Shown here: one piece after another, positions 32,688-42,568 of the stretch
How the letters are laid out: each line of letters starts with the position of its first letter
How positions within the stretch are numbered: position 1 is the first letter of the stretch
The notes under the pieces: model-generated
Databases searched by the model: none
The model's input: only the letters and a program-made list of their open reading frames with translations
What the model was told of the DNA's origin: nothing
Assembly: GCA_000002445.1 (NCBI GenBank)
Contig: CM000207.1
Span: forward strand, 736,001-800,000
Source of the DNA: Trypanosoma brucei
Taxonomy: Eukaryota
DNA length: 64,000 bases
Direction: 5' to 3'
Program-made: the position numbers and the translations under genes

Positions 32688-35600
32688 ATGCTGGTCGCCA
32701 CAGCGTCCGTTACATCTCATGGCTGTGCCACCGATCTTTCGACGAAGACAAGATCAGCGTCCGTCACGATGGAAGGTGAAAGTGTTAGGAGTGACGAACG
32801 GCATCACGTTAACGTGAGGGGAGATGAGAGCGAAGGTGTTAGTGTGTCTCTACTTTCCACACGTCACACGGTTCACGCTCTCAACAAGCAGTCATCCAGC
32901 GCGTGGGTGACGACAAAGCTAGTAGAGCAATGTGTCACGGGCTACCGAGATGCACTCTTGGTCATTCGGGAATATGGACACCGGGTTGAGGGAGAAGGTC
33001 TGCATCTGCGGTTGCAACTTGGTGAGGCCCACCGCGAACTTCAAAGTAAAGGTGGGCTGGGGGCCTCTGTTACGCATATTGTCGAGAAGCAGCTCTCGGA
33101 ACATTTGATGCAGAACGGTAACGCGAACATCTCTCCCCGTTCCGAGTCCTTACGACACCGTCAGATTTTGCGCGACATGAAACACCTAGCACACGGGCTT
33201 TTAATACCTCTCGATATCTTCCGGCATCAGCACAACTGGCTGTTAGTGCAAGAGGATGTCCAACTAAGTCTGGCCGATCGACTCCGACACTACCGTGTGG
33301 TGGTGCGACAGGCTCCACCACCCGCTTTAGTGGAACGCCTCTGGTTTGACCTCTGGGCGCTTTTGGGCGCAGCGTGGCGGCAGCGCGGACGGCTTCTAGG
33401 AGTTTATGCGGAGGGTGTTCTTCCAGTTAACGTGGATGGTGGCACCGCAGTTGTTCCACCGTCAGTTTTGAGCCCCCCATCGCACCGTGAAGCCTATCGT
33501 GAGGGGCAACGTGAATACCGCTCCAAGCGGATGGAGGGATCGCCGGCCAGTGGGGTACCGGCGGATGCCGACGATTGTTACGCATTTGGCCCAATTACGC
33601 CACATCGAGTGGGAATCATGCCATCGCGCCACTACACCATCCGATGGCCACTCATGTCAATTTTACGTTCCCTGCGTGTGCGTGTGGCTGGCAAGAAACC
33701 GGGGTCGGAGTCCGGAATAAGGATTGCAATGTCAGCAGGGTCACTAGGGGAACCGAAGGATGACCACCAAGAGGAATCTGACAAATGTGCACAGACCTCT
33801 CGTGGGTCTGATTTCTTTTCTCCGAGGGTGTCTTGCGGGTCCGTTGGTGGTAGCTCACAGGAATATCCTGCTGCCTTTTTTGACCTATCGTCAGAAGATA
33901 TCGAAACGTGCCGTGTGCCATACTTGTCCCCAGAGTGCTTCACACAAAGGTTTCGTAGCGCTGGATGCCATTCGAGTGAACCAGTGGAAGTTTCTGTGTC
34001 TCATCGGTTCTCTGATGATGTCTGGAACATAGCCGTCCTCACCATAGAATTTATGTTGACTAACTTTCCCCTCGAACAAAGTTGCTGCCACCACGCGAGT
34101 TACCAAGGTTTCAGAACAAGTTTTATATTCGATGATATTATTGAGTTGCTCGTAGTATATCACAACATACCGCTTAGAGCCGCGCAAAACTTCGTTTACG
34201 CAGCATTGCACGAGCTTTCACTGCTCGTGTCGGGGGTTGAACAAGTTGGTGTAGATTCAGGTGAAGGTAGCGTACTGACTCCGCGCTGCCTGGCCCAGCA
34301 ATGGAAGGACTATTTAAGTGAAACGTGTAGTAACAGTACTGTGCTGCGGGAGGTGGTGACAAACGGTTTGCTATGGCTGCGCCGTGAGCGGTGGGAGGTT
34401 TTTCAAACTGTTCACTCTCTTGACGATTATAAGGAGGGAGAGTGTGGCAACGGGAGCAACGGGTGTATCGGGGGTGACGACAACGAGAAGAATACCAGCA
34501 GCCGGTACGGGGACGGTGCAGCGAAGAGGGTATTGGACACTTTGGTAAGCCCTTATCTGCCGCTGAATCCGGCTCTCTGTTCCGCTGTGTTACGGGAAGG
34601 CGGGGAGGCATCTCAAGGCTCACTTAGCATCACGGGTTCGATTCAGCAGTGGTGTGAAAAAGAGGATGCGTTTTGGCATACGCAATTTGATGATCTACAA
34701 TCGACGGTGCAGAAATGGAGGAAGTGTATTGAACGCTACACGGTGCTCGGTGGTATGAGCGGTAAAGGTAATGAGGCGAGGCAAACTGTTCTTTTCAAGC
34801 GTCTCGTTCGGGTCGTACGATCGGTGCTGCAGCTTCAACTCGAGAAGGTAAAGGCTGGTGATCAAACCAAGACCATTCTCCTAAGCAGTGACAGGGAATC
34901 CCGCCGTATGCAGCGGGGGGAGGTCCTGAGTCATGCTGTGCAACAGGAGCTTTTGCGTGGCTTAACGGAGCGTGGTGCTCTTTTTATGCACATTTTGGAT
35001 CTTGTGCCGAATCAATTCGTACCCACCAATTCCACCGTTGCAGGTGATGCCCTCACCAGGGTGGTTCCGTTTTGCGGTGTCTTTATGTCCATCTCGCACA
35101 CTCTTTCGCAGCTGGAGAAGGACATGGCTCAACTTACTGAGTTGTCACCAGCGTCGACGGCGCCCTTCCGTGCCCTTGACACCATTTTGGGAGTGGAGTA
35201 CAACGCTGCACGTGTGACACACTTATCGGCCTGTCAGTTGAATGAGGAGGCGGATGAGGGGAAATTGAGTATGTTAGAAAATGTTAGGTCTGTCATTCGT
35301 CAGTTAGACCTCGACCTGAAGATGCAGGTGAAACTGGTGAAAGATATGAGGTGTCTGATGTGCACCAGCGTTCCCGTGGAAACGCGTGCTTCGCTCGTGC
35401 GACAGTACTTACTTCGCACCCAGGCGGCACATGGGACTGTAGAGGTTCCTATTCCAGCTACTCTTCGTGGTGAGATATGGGCCGTCCTTCTGTTGGTGTC
35501 CCCGGAACCTGAGGAACGAGCGTCTAGATATTTTGCGCTGGACACGGCGCGACCAACGCCGTGCAACCGTCAGTTATCTGTCGACATCCCACGTTGTCAT

Positions 35601-36881
35601 CAGTATCACCCACTACTGGCATCATCAGATGGTCACGAACGAATGTGGCGTATCATCAAGGCGTGGTTATTGCTGAATCCCGAGCTGTCGTACTGGCAGG
35701 GGTTGGATAGCGTCTGTGCTGTTCTGCTTGCCGCGTCTTTCCACGATGAGCCTCTTGTTTTAGCTCAGTTGCAGGAACTGACGCACAACTACATACCGCA
35801 CGACTTGGCATCCAGAGAGACAGATCTGCCACAGAGTATGGCTGGAAAGTTCCAGTTGTTCGCTGTGCTTCTGCGTTACTGTGATCCGCAACTTGCCACT
35901 CACCTCCTCGACACAGTTGAGTGCGGTCCCGAACTATTTGCGGTTGGATGGTTTCTCGCGCTTTTTGCACACGGCTTACCAATGGCGAAAGTGTTTCTTT
36001 TGTGGGATTTCCTCTTCGTGTATGCTGCCGTTTTCCCACACTGCCTTGCTGTCCTTTGCCTTGCCGTTCTGTTGCAGCACCGCGAGCAGTTGATGTCGCA
36101 CGACTTCTCTGTATGTGTGGGCGCGCTCAGCCGTGCGAGGGATATTGAAGTGCGGATCGTGTTGTATAACGCCTCACTATTGCTGCGAAGCACACCGCCG
36201 CTAGTCGGGGGACCGTGCGCTCCCACAGGCCAGCCCCACAGTAGCAGCAACTCCGTGCCACGCATGAGGGTGCGGACACTTCTTCAGGCATTTCGCCGCG
36301 TCCCTTTCGATGAAACGCCGTATGGGGAAGAGTGGACCCGCAACGGATTATTCCTCGTGGATCTACGGGAAACGAGGGGTGGTACAGCAAGCCTTGAGCT
36401 GGAAGGAGAGGAGCAGATGTGGTCAACGCAGCGCGAAACGGAGGAGCGTGTTGTTGGAGCTCTGCTCTTTCCACTTGTGTCTTGCCAGCAGGACGGTGCG
36501 GAAATAGATGTGATGCAGCAGGAGCTTCAAGGGCGGTTGGCTGTGCAATTGGCTTCTGAACTCTTATCACAAACACGTAACATCGCTTTAGCAGCCGTTC
36601 CACCGGTACCGTCGTCGGGGTCGCGACCGAGCGCAGGGATGAGACAGTGTGAAGAAAATCCTGCCGCTGGAACACAGCCAGAGGTCATTGCGAAACACTC
36701 AGAATGTCCTCATATTGTACTTTTTACACATTCTTCGAACCTATGTGAGGTGGCCACTTCAGAGTTGCTTGCGAGGGAATTAATGCGTTGCGGTGCACCA
36801 CATGTTTCAATTTTGCTTGGCGGCTTTGTACAGTTGAAGCGGGAGGCAGCTGATCTCATTGTGGAAATGGTCCCTACTTGA
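32688..36881 (+). CDS. TBCK-like protein: N-terminal kinase-like (probable pseudokinase) domain, central TBC RabGAP domain, C-terminal rhodanese-like domain
   Basis: Kinase C-lobe subdomains VIII and IX are visible (PYLSPECF then SDDVWNIAVLTIEFM), but no GxGxxG, VAIK or HRD motifs. The TBC domain has the arginine finger LSVDIPR (IxxDxxR) and the glutamine finger YWQGLD (YxQ). A C-terminal rhodanese-like segment (HIVLFTHSS...VSILLGGF) lacks the catalytic Cys. The start may be the internal Met (MEGESV). Confidence 0.7.
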   Translation: MLVATASVTSHGCATDLSTKTRSASVTMEGESVRSDERHHVNVRGDESEGVSVSLLSTRHTVHALNKQSSSAWVTTKLVEQCVTGYRDALLVIREYGHRVEGEGLHLRLQLGEAHRELQSKGGLGASVTHIVEKQLSEHLMQNGNANISPRSESLRHRQILRDMKHLAHGLLIPLDIFRHQHNWLLVQEDVQLSLADRLRHYRVVVRQAPPPALVERLWFDLWALLGAAWRQRGRLLGVYAEGVLPVNVDGGTAVVPPSVLSPPSHREAYREGQREYRSKRMEGSPASGVPADADDCYAFGPITPHRVGIMPSRHYTIRWPLMSILRSLRVRVAGKKPGSESGIRIAMSAGSLGEPKDDHQEESDKCAQTSRGSDFFSPRVSCGSVGGSSQEYPAAFFDLSSEDIETCRVPYLSPECFTQRFRSAGCHSSEPVEVSVSHRFSDDVWNIAVLTIEFMLTNFPLEQSCCHHASYQGFRTSFIFDDIIELLVVYHNIPLRAAQNFVYAALHELSLLVSGVEQVGVDSGEGSVLTPRCLAQQWKDYLSETCSNSTVLREVVTNGLLWLRRERWEVFQTVHSLDDYKEGECGNGSNGCIGGDDNEKNTSSRYGDGAAKRVLDTLVSPYLPLNPALCSAVLREGGEASQGSLSITGSIQQWCEKEDAFWHTQFDDLQSTVQKWRKCIERYTVLGGMSGKGNEARQTVLFKRLVRVVRSVLQLQLEKVKAGDQTKTILLSSDRESRRMQRGEVLSHAVQQELLRGLTERGALFMHILDLVPNQFVPTNSTVAGDALTRVVPFCGVFMSISHTLSQLEKDMAQLTELSPASTAPFRALDTILGVEYNAARVTHLSACQLNEEADEGKLSMLENVRSVIRQLDLDLKMQVKLVKDMRCLMCTSVPVETRASLVRQYLLRTQAAHGTVEVPIPATLRGEIWAVLLLVSPEPEERASRYFALDTARPTPCNRQLSVDIPRCHQYHPLLASSDGHERMWRIIKAWLLLNPELSYWQGLDSVCAVLLAASFHDEPLVLAQLQELTHNYIPHDLASRETDLPQSMAGKFQLFAVLLRYCDPQLATHLLDTVECGPELFAVGWFLALFAHGLPMAKVFLLWDFLFVYAAVFPHCLAVLCLAVLLQHREQLMSHDFSVCVGALSRARDIEVRIVLYNASLLLRSTPPLVGGPCAPTGQPHSSSNSVPRMRVRTLLQAFRRVPFDETPYGEEWTRNGLFLVDLRETRGGTASLELEGEEQMWSTQRETEERVVGALLFPLVSCQQDGAEIDVMQQELQGRLAVQLASELLSQTRNIALAAVPPVPSSGSRPSAGMRQCEENPAAGTQPEVIAKHSECPHIVLFTHSSNLCEVATSELLARELMRCGAPHVSILLGGFVQLKREAADLIVEMVPT

Positions 36882-37413
36882 GTGTGCCTGCGTTACCCTT
36901 TTCTGTTCCTTTTCTTTTTCTTTTCAAAGACTGCTTGTTTTGTTGCTCCGCTTGATTTTTAATTTCGAACGAAGAAGAGCGTGCACTGTTGACTGTTTCC
37001 GCCGATACGCCCCCCCCCTACTATATCTGTTTCTTCATTTGCATTTGTTGTACTCTGTTTCCACGCGTATCGCGCCACATTTAATCCTATGGTCGCAGGT
37101 GCCTCCTTGCTTTACTTTCTCACCTCTGTGCACGTTTAATTTCTTTGTGTTTGTAACCCCTATGTTGCCACTTTTACACCAAATGACGGGATCCCCCACG
37201 CCGATTCCGGCTCTTTCCCCACCCTCGGTTGGGGCGCCCTATCCATATTTCCGTTCCTACCTCTTCTCCCTTTCCAAACGACTGCGCCTGAGATGACATA
37301 CATCTGCAGCAAAAGTAAAGGACACCGCTTAGCTATTTGAACGAGGGAGGATACAGGGAACACGTTTCGTGGAGAGGGGGAGGCAAGAGTGTGCTCGTTT
37401 GGAGCATAAAGTG

Positions 37414-38550
37414 ATGAAAATTACCTGTACGGATGAAAGTGGCAATGTGTACTCAGCGGAATTGGATCCAACCGCGATGGTTGAGGACCTTTCCGTTCTT
37501 GTAGAGGTGGAGATTGGTATACCCGTGGAGGAACAGTTGCTTATGGCACCTACCGGTGCGATATTGCGTCTGGATGAAACGTTTGGGGCCCAGGGTATAA
37601 CAACTGACTGTTGTGTCACGGTGAGACGCCAGGTGTTGGGAGGAGGCTTGAAACGGCCAGCGGAAGAGCGACCAGACAGGATACCGGAAGTGCAGGCCAG
37701 TGAAGAACGATCTCACATACTGGAGCTGTACGCAACCGAACTGATGTCTGACCAGGATCAGTTGCAGCAGCTCGTGTCGCCGGAGTTTGACGAAACAGAC
37801 CCGGCCATACAGAGCAGGATATATGAGGAAATTAGTAAGCGCAACGTGGAAGAGAACTTAGCAAATGCGCTTGAGTTTGCACCAGAGGCGTTCACCCGTG
37901 TAAGCATGCTCCACGTCACGGTTGAGATTAATAAGGTAAAGGTGAAGGCCTTGGTTGATTGCGGCGCGCAAACGTCCGTCGTGAGTGCCGCCACCGCCGA
38001 GCGCTGCGGCATCAATTGGTTGGTTGACAAGAGGGCAGTGGGTACCGTTCACGGTGTTGGTGAGCAGCGTTCGCTGGGTCGAATTCATCTTACGCAGGCA
38101 AACCTAGGTGGGTTGTTTATTCCCATCTCTCTAGTTGTACTAGAAAGTGAAACTTTTGATCTCATTATTGGACTAGACCAGATGAAAAAGCACCGCATGA
38201 TCATTGACCTCAAGGACGATTGCCTGCGTGTGGGTGGTACCGCTATACCATTTCTCAGTGACTCAGAAGTATCGGAAGAACCGCATAGGGGGACACCATT
38301 TGTGCTTGGAGGTGGCGATGGCAACGAGGACAACAATGCCGCAGATGTTCCGACGGCTGGCGCAAATCAGGGCACGGCAGCGAAAAGAAGTACGGCACCT
38401 TCCGGCCCTAACATCAGCTCCGCTGAAAAGGAGCAGGCAATCGAGACATTCGTTTCTCTAACCCACCTCGAAAGACAGCAGGCCATTGCACTCCTCGAGG
38501 CTGTGAACTGGAACCCACATGCGGCCATGTCACTTCTGATGGAGGAGTGA
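37414..38550 (+). CDS. DDI1: Ddi1-like protein (DNA-damage-inducible 1 homologue): ubiquitin-like domain, retropepsin-type aspartyl protease domain, UBA domain
   Basis: The N-terminus MKITCTDESGNVYSAELDP is a UBL. The protease core VKALVDCGAQTSVVSAATAERCGI aligns with the human DDI2 block [24 protein letters not shown], with Cys in place of Ser in the D-S/T-G-A motif. The C-terminal LERQQAIALLEAVNWNPHAAMSLLME is UBA-like. An in-frame ATG at 37369 lies 15 codons upstream; I chose the Met at the start of the UBL. Confidence 0.8.
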   Translation: MKITCTDESGNVYSAELDPTAMVEDLSVLVEVEIGIPVEEQLLMAPTGAILRLDETFGAQGITTDCCVTVRRQVLGGGLKRPAEERPDRIPEVQASEERSHILELYATELMSDQDQLQQLVSPEFDETDPAIQSRIYEEISKRNVEENLANALEFAPEAFTRVSMLHVTVEINKVKVKALVDCGAQTSVVSAATAERCGINWLVDKRAVGTVHGVGEQRSLGRIHLTQANLGGLFIPISLVVLESETFDLIIGLDQMKKHRMIIDLKDDCLRVGGTAIPFLSDSEVSEEPHRGTPFVLGGGDGNEDNNAADVPTAGANQGTAAKRSTAPSGPNISSAEKEQAIETFVSLTHLERQQAIALLEAVNWNPHAAMSLLMEE

Positions 38551-39149
38551 TATGTTTGAGTTTAATGTAAAAGAGGAGGAGGGAGGAAAGGCCCCCATTC
38601 ACGTGGGCGCGGGGAATGCGAAATAAAGGCGACATTAACCCCCTTTTTTATTGCTTGTGTGTGAGAGATTGGGGGATAAGTGGACTGCCTTATATACTTG
38701 GTGGTTCTTTCCCCTCCGCCCTTTCAACTCGCGAGCGTGTGCCACGTTATGCTTTGTGAAACTTTTCACCACAATTTTTCTTGCTTGGACATTTGTTGTA
38801 ACGTGTTGTCGGTGTTTTTGTAGGCGATGATATCGTTATTAATATTACCCTGTCTCACGGGGAAAGTACCATCTAAAAAAGTGGAGGGGAGGAAATGGAT
38901 GAGTTTGGGGGAAGGATGAGCGAATATTTTGTGTTTTGCCACAGCCGCGTCACTCTCCATATTCTTTACAACATTTTAATAAACAAAGAACCACATATAT
39001 TTGTGTACACACGTTCCAAGATACTTAGGTAAATGGTGGTACATTTTTTTTTCTGTTGCTTTCCCTGCATATGTGTGTGTATGTCGTTCATTTGCATATT
39101 TTGTTTTCCCCTTTCTTACATATTGAAGCAAATACCTTAGTGGTGGAAC

Positions 39150-40415
39150 TTGTTGCAACAGTTTCTAATGTCCAAGTCTAGTCGTAAAATCACTTGCCTA
39201 TTGCCCTCCGCTTCCAACCAAAGTGGCGATAAGAGGGGAGAGCTGCAGTTGAAGAAGCAAGGACCAGGGGAGCAAACGGCCAATGAGGCTATAACGGTGC
39301 CAGATCTGAAACTAGACGAAACAGTCCGCATAAGGGAAATGTTTACGGAGTATATTAATGGTGAGTATGTAACCACACTATTTGACCTTCGCGTGCTCCT
39401 TTCAGAGCTTGGAGTATATCCCTCCGACGATGAAATGACACTTGTTATGACCGCATTTGAGAACAAAGTGAGTTTTACTAATCTCTGTAGGTACATGCGG
39501 TTTTACAAGAAAGAATTTTTGGAATCGAACAAGCAACGTCACCGTTCCAATGCCGCGCAAGATGAATGCGAGGACACGCTTCGTGCCTTTGTTTCACTTG
39601 GTGGCAACGAAGATGGAAGTGGGAGCGTCTTAGTGGAGGACTTACGGCAGGTGTGCAGAAACTTCGGCCTCACTATTGATATAAACGAGGCACTCAATGG
39701 TTTGAATGAGTCAGAGAGCCCCTTAACGTTGCGCTATATGGAATTTTGCAACCTGTGGAAACATCAAAGCCGTGAGCGAGGTGGGGAATCGGGAACAATA
39801 CGCAGCCTTTCCTTAACCGATACCCTGTATACCTCTGGAGGCTTGGATGGGGAGGCTTCAAATTACATACACTTGCTTAATTTGTTGAAGCCCCACGTGA
39901 GCAACATAAGTTATGAACAAAGTACCCCCGCCATATGTACCCCACTGTTGGCCAGAGGTGATGAAAGTGATGCCAGACATTCACTTCCCAAGTCGGATGA
40001 AAAACACCTGCAGGAGCTAAAGCGGTTTTTATTACCATCTTTGGTTGGGAGTGCGGAGGATCCGGATGCCAATTCGTATGGAGCACAGAGGGACGACGGA
40101 TATCAACTCCCAAGTTTAGTCCAACACATGACACCGCGAGCAGATGCCGAGGAACGCCAACGACCGCTCCGACAGCGGAGGACCAAAGAGGCAGCGGCTC
40201 GACGCAGTGCTGGAAATGATGATAAATCTCATCCACCGACACAAGGCGGATTCCGGGCACCGAGTCCAATGATTCTCTCGCTGCGTAACCTTGCCGCGTA
40301 TCGCCAAAGACTTCAAGCATTTGCTAAAAAGAAGGAGAAGTCAAGGAACAGGGAACGTGGGAAGGGAGGGCACGGTGTATCATCGTACTACGATGATGAC
40401 GGAGCCCGCATTTAA
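39150..40415 (+). CDS. Hypothetical protein, 421 aa, with two degenerate EF-hand-like helix-loop-helix pairs in the N-terminal half and a basic, low-complexity C-terminus
   Basis: Segments IREMFTEYINGEYVTTLFDLRVLLSELG and LRQVCRNFGLTIDINEALNGLNESESPLTLRYMEF resemble calmodulin-like EF-hand pairs with non-canonical loops. Weak. Confidence 0.4.
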   Translation: MLQQFLMSKSSRKITCLLPSASNQSGDKRGELQLKKQGPGEQTANEAITVPDLKLDETVRIREMFTEYINGEYVTTLFDLRVLLSELGVYPSDDEMTLVMTAFENKVSFTNLCRYMRFYKKEFLESNKQRHRSNAAQDECEDTLRAFVSLGGNEDGSGSVLVEDLRQVCRNFGLTIDINEALNGLNESESPLTLRYMEFCNLWKHQSRERGGESGTIRSLSLTDTLYTSGGLDGEASNYIHLLNLLKPHVSNISYEQSTPAICTPLLARGDESDARHSLPKSDEKHLQELKRFLLPSLVGSAEDPDANSYGAQRDDGYQLPSLVQHMTPRADAEERQRPLRQRRTKEAAARRSAGNDDKSHPPTQGGFRAPSPMILSLRNLAAYRQRLQAFAKKKEKSRNRERGKGGHGVSSYYDDDGARI

Positions 40416-40565
40416 TTAACTGAGTACACAAATCTGGTGTTTTTTTCTGTATCATTTGATTTTGTACAACAAAAAGAGAAGAATGGAGAATTTCCCCCTA
40501 CTAAGGAAACAAGAAAGTGTAAAGAAAGAACACCAGGATGGAAGAGGAAAACTAGAAAAAAGGGG

Positions 40566-40608
<43 letters not shown>
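40566..40608. repeat. Compound microsatellite (TA)13(GT)8
   Basis: Direct read: tatatatatatatatatatatatatatgtgtgtgtgtgtgtg. Confidence 0.9.
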
Positions 40609-41125
40609 TTCAGTGCCCCTGCGGCGGGGTATACTCTTCCAGAGCACCATAACTAATGTGTGATGGGTAACCCATGTGTTGAGAAGGAGGGAAGCGCTGT
40701 TACTGATAACCCGATGTAAAGCTGAGCGGAAATTACTGCTGCGCGGCACGTCAACGATGCATGTGGATGACGTCCTCCGTTGATGTGGTGTCGATGATGG
40801 CTGCAGGAGTTTCCCATCGCACAAGCAACCGATTTGTTTGCGAACATACGTCATAATGTACTTTACACTTGCCAGAAGTAATGTGTCTTGCCGCATTACC
40901 AAACCGCTACTTTTTGTTTTTTTCGTTGTATGGTTGGGGTCCGAAATTTGTAAACTTGGGAGTATCTATTGCGAGTCTTTTTCAGCCCTTTTCATCTGTA
41001 TCCGCCTTCCCACAGCTATTCCTTCCTATATTATTCCTGTTTTTTTTTCATACGTGGCAGGTGCCTGTCTTCCCAGTCGAAAAAACTTGACATAGCCATA
41101 TTGTTCATGCGGTAGGACCCTCCAA

Positions 41126-42421
41126 ATGTCACTCAGGTCCACAATTCAGACGCATTTTACCGTACCCACGCGACATCATAGCACGCGGCAGCGCTCTTTT
41201 AGTGGCATGTTTTCTGCACCTGCTTCAACCACAGCAGGGGCTCCAACACCGATTCGGCGGTTTCCACTCAACAACACGCAAGCGGAACCTTCGCTTGGCT
41301 CACCATGTGAACTGGACTTCCAAAAGGGTGCTTTAACTGGCGATTGTGTGTGCGCCGACCGCCAACTGGAGTGGTTACGGCGAAATCTTGTGAAGTCGGA
41401 GAAGAGGGATTTTCACGGCATGAGCAAGGTGAAGATGCCGGAAGGGAACCCATCATGGCCACGTTACCATTTTCCGCTGCGTAGCTGCTCTTACATTTAT
41501 GATCCTCCCAACGAATCTAAGCTTGCGTTTATTACTCCAGAGAACTACTGCAAACTCTGCTGTGAGCCAGTTGAGTTGCCCATTCGCCATTGCGCATGGT
41601 GGGATCATGTGACACGAATGGCGGGCCTCCGCTTGACTGCTATTTATCCACGGCGTTGGGATCCATCTGCTCTGATGCAAGAGCTGTGGGCAGGGAAGTT
41701 TCCCGTGAGGTTTATGAATACCGAACGGCCACATCCTTACCTGCGCCCATCACATGACGGTCCGTCGTGGAGCGATTTACGTCAATGCTATGTTTTTGAA
41801 AGGGAAGCGGTTGTACGACGGGGCGAATTAAGAGCAATTTTGCACATACTATCCACAGATGTTAGTGGCGGTAGGCGGGTGCTGCGGGAATCTTTAGTGC
41901 TCTCACCCGACGGAAGCTACGCAGCAAACGTTGGTGAGCGCACTTTCCGGGCCTTCATCAGCAGACACATCACACCCTTGCTACCACCCATGGGCCCTGA
42001 GCCAACTACAAGGTTGCAACAGCGTTGCTGGGGCCGAAAAAACCTCGAGGCAATGTTTGATCTTTTGGGAGTAGAGGCGTTACAGAGACTTAGTGGTGTT
42101 GAGGAGGTGGCAGTAACCAAGAATGAGAAGGCTACTGTGATGCGCCAAATAGTTTATGAACTGACAACCGTGTTGTCCGAATGCGATGCTAGAGAGCTGT
42201 CGGCGAGCAACGAACATGCCAATGAAGGTGCGCATAGCGTAAAAATCGCGAAAGATGAAACTCACATGCAAGTCCGGCTGTTGGTGGAGTTGGCACTGCA
42301 GCGTTTGTCACATGAACTGATCCATCTTCACATGATGTTGCTCATAGAACGTGTGTGGAATGCGTATGCGAACCTGGGATACCCAGGTGAAGAAGCGTTT
42401 GAGGAAAGCACCTTTTGCTGA
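41126..42421 (+). CDS. Hypothetical protein, 431 aa, with an Arg/Ser/Thr-rich N-terminus consistent with a mitochondrial presequence
   Basis: Long ORF co-directional with the cluster. The N-terminus is MSLRSTIQTHFTVPTRHHSTRQRSF. No catalytic motif recognised. Confidence 0.5.
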   Translation: MSLRSTIQTHFTVPTRHHSTRQRSFSGMFSAPASTTAGAPTPIRRFPLNNTQAEPSLGSPCELDFQKGALTGDCVCADRQLEWLRRNLVKSEKRDFHGMSKVKMPEGNPSWPRYHFPLRSCSYIYDPPNESKLAFITPENYCKLCCEPVELPIRHCAWWDHVTRMAGLRLTAIYPRRWDPSALMQELWAGKFPVRFMNTERPHPYLRPSHDGPSWSDLRQCYVFEREAVVRRGELRAILHILSTDVSGGRRVLRESLVLSPDGSYAANVGERTFRAFISRHITPLLPPMGPEPTTRLQQRCWGRKNLEAMFDLLGVEALQRLSGVEEVAVTKNEKATVMRQIVYELTTVLSECDARELSASNEHANEGAHSVKIAKDETHMQVRLLVELALQRLSHELIHLHMMLLIERVWNAYANLGYPGEEAFEESTFC

Positions 42422-42568
42422 GGTTTATACTCGGAGGAACGAGTGTAGCGCGTCCGAGAATGTATTAATCGTTGTTTCACCTCGCATCAAGGGCTACTTT
42501 GTGGATACTGCTGCGAAAGCAGCGCCTGTTTTAAAAGTTAAGGTGCGGACCAAGGTGCCGTCCAATCG

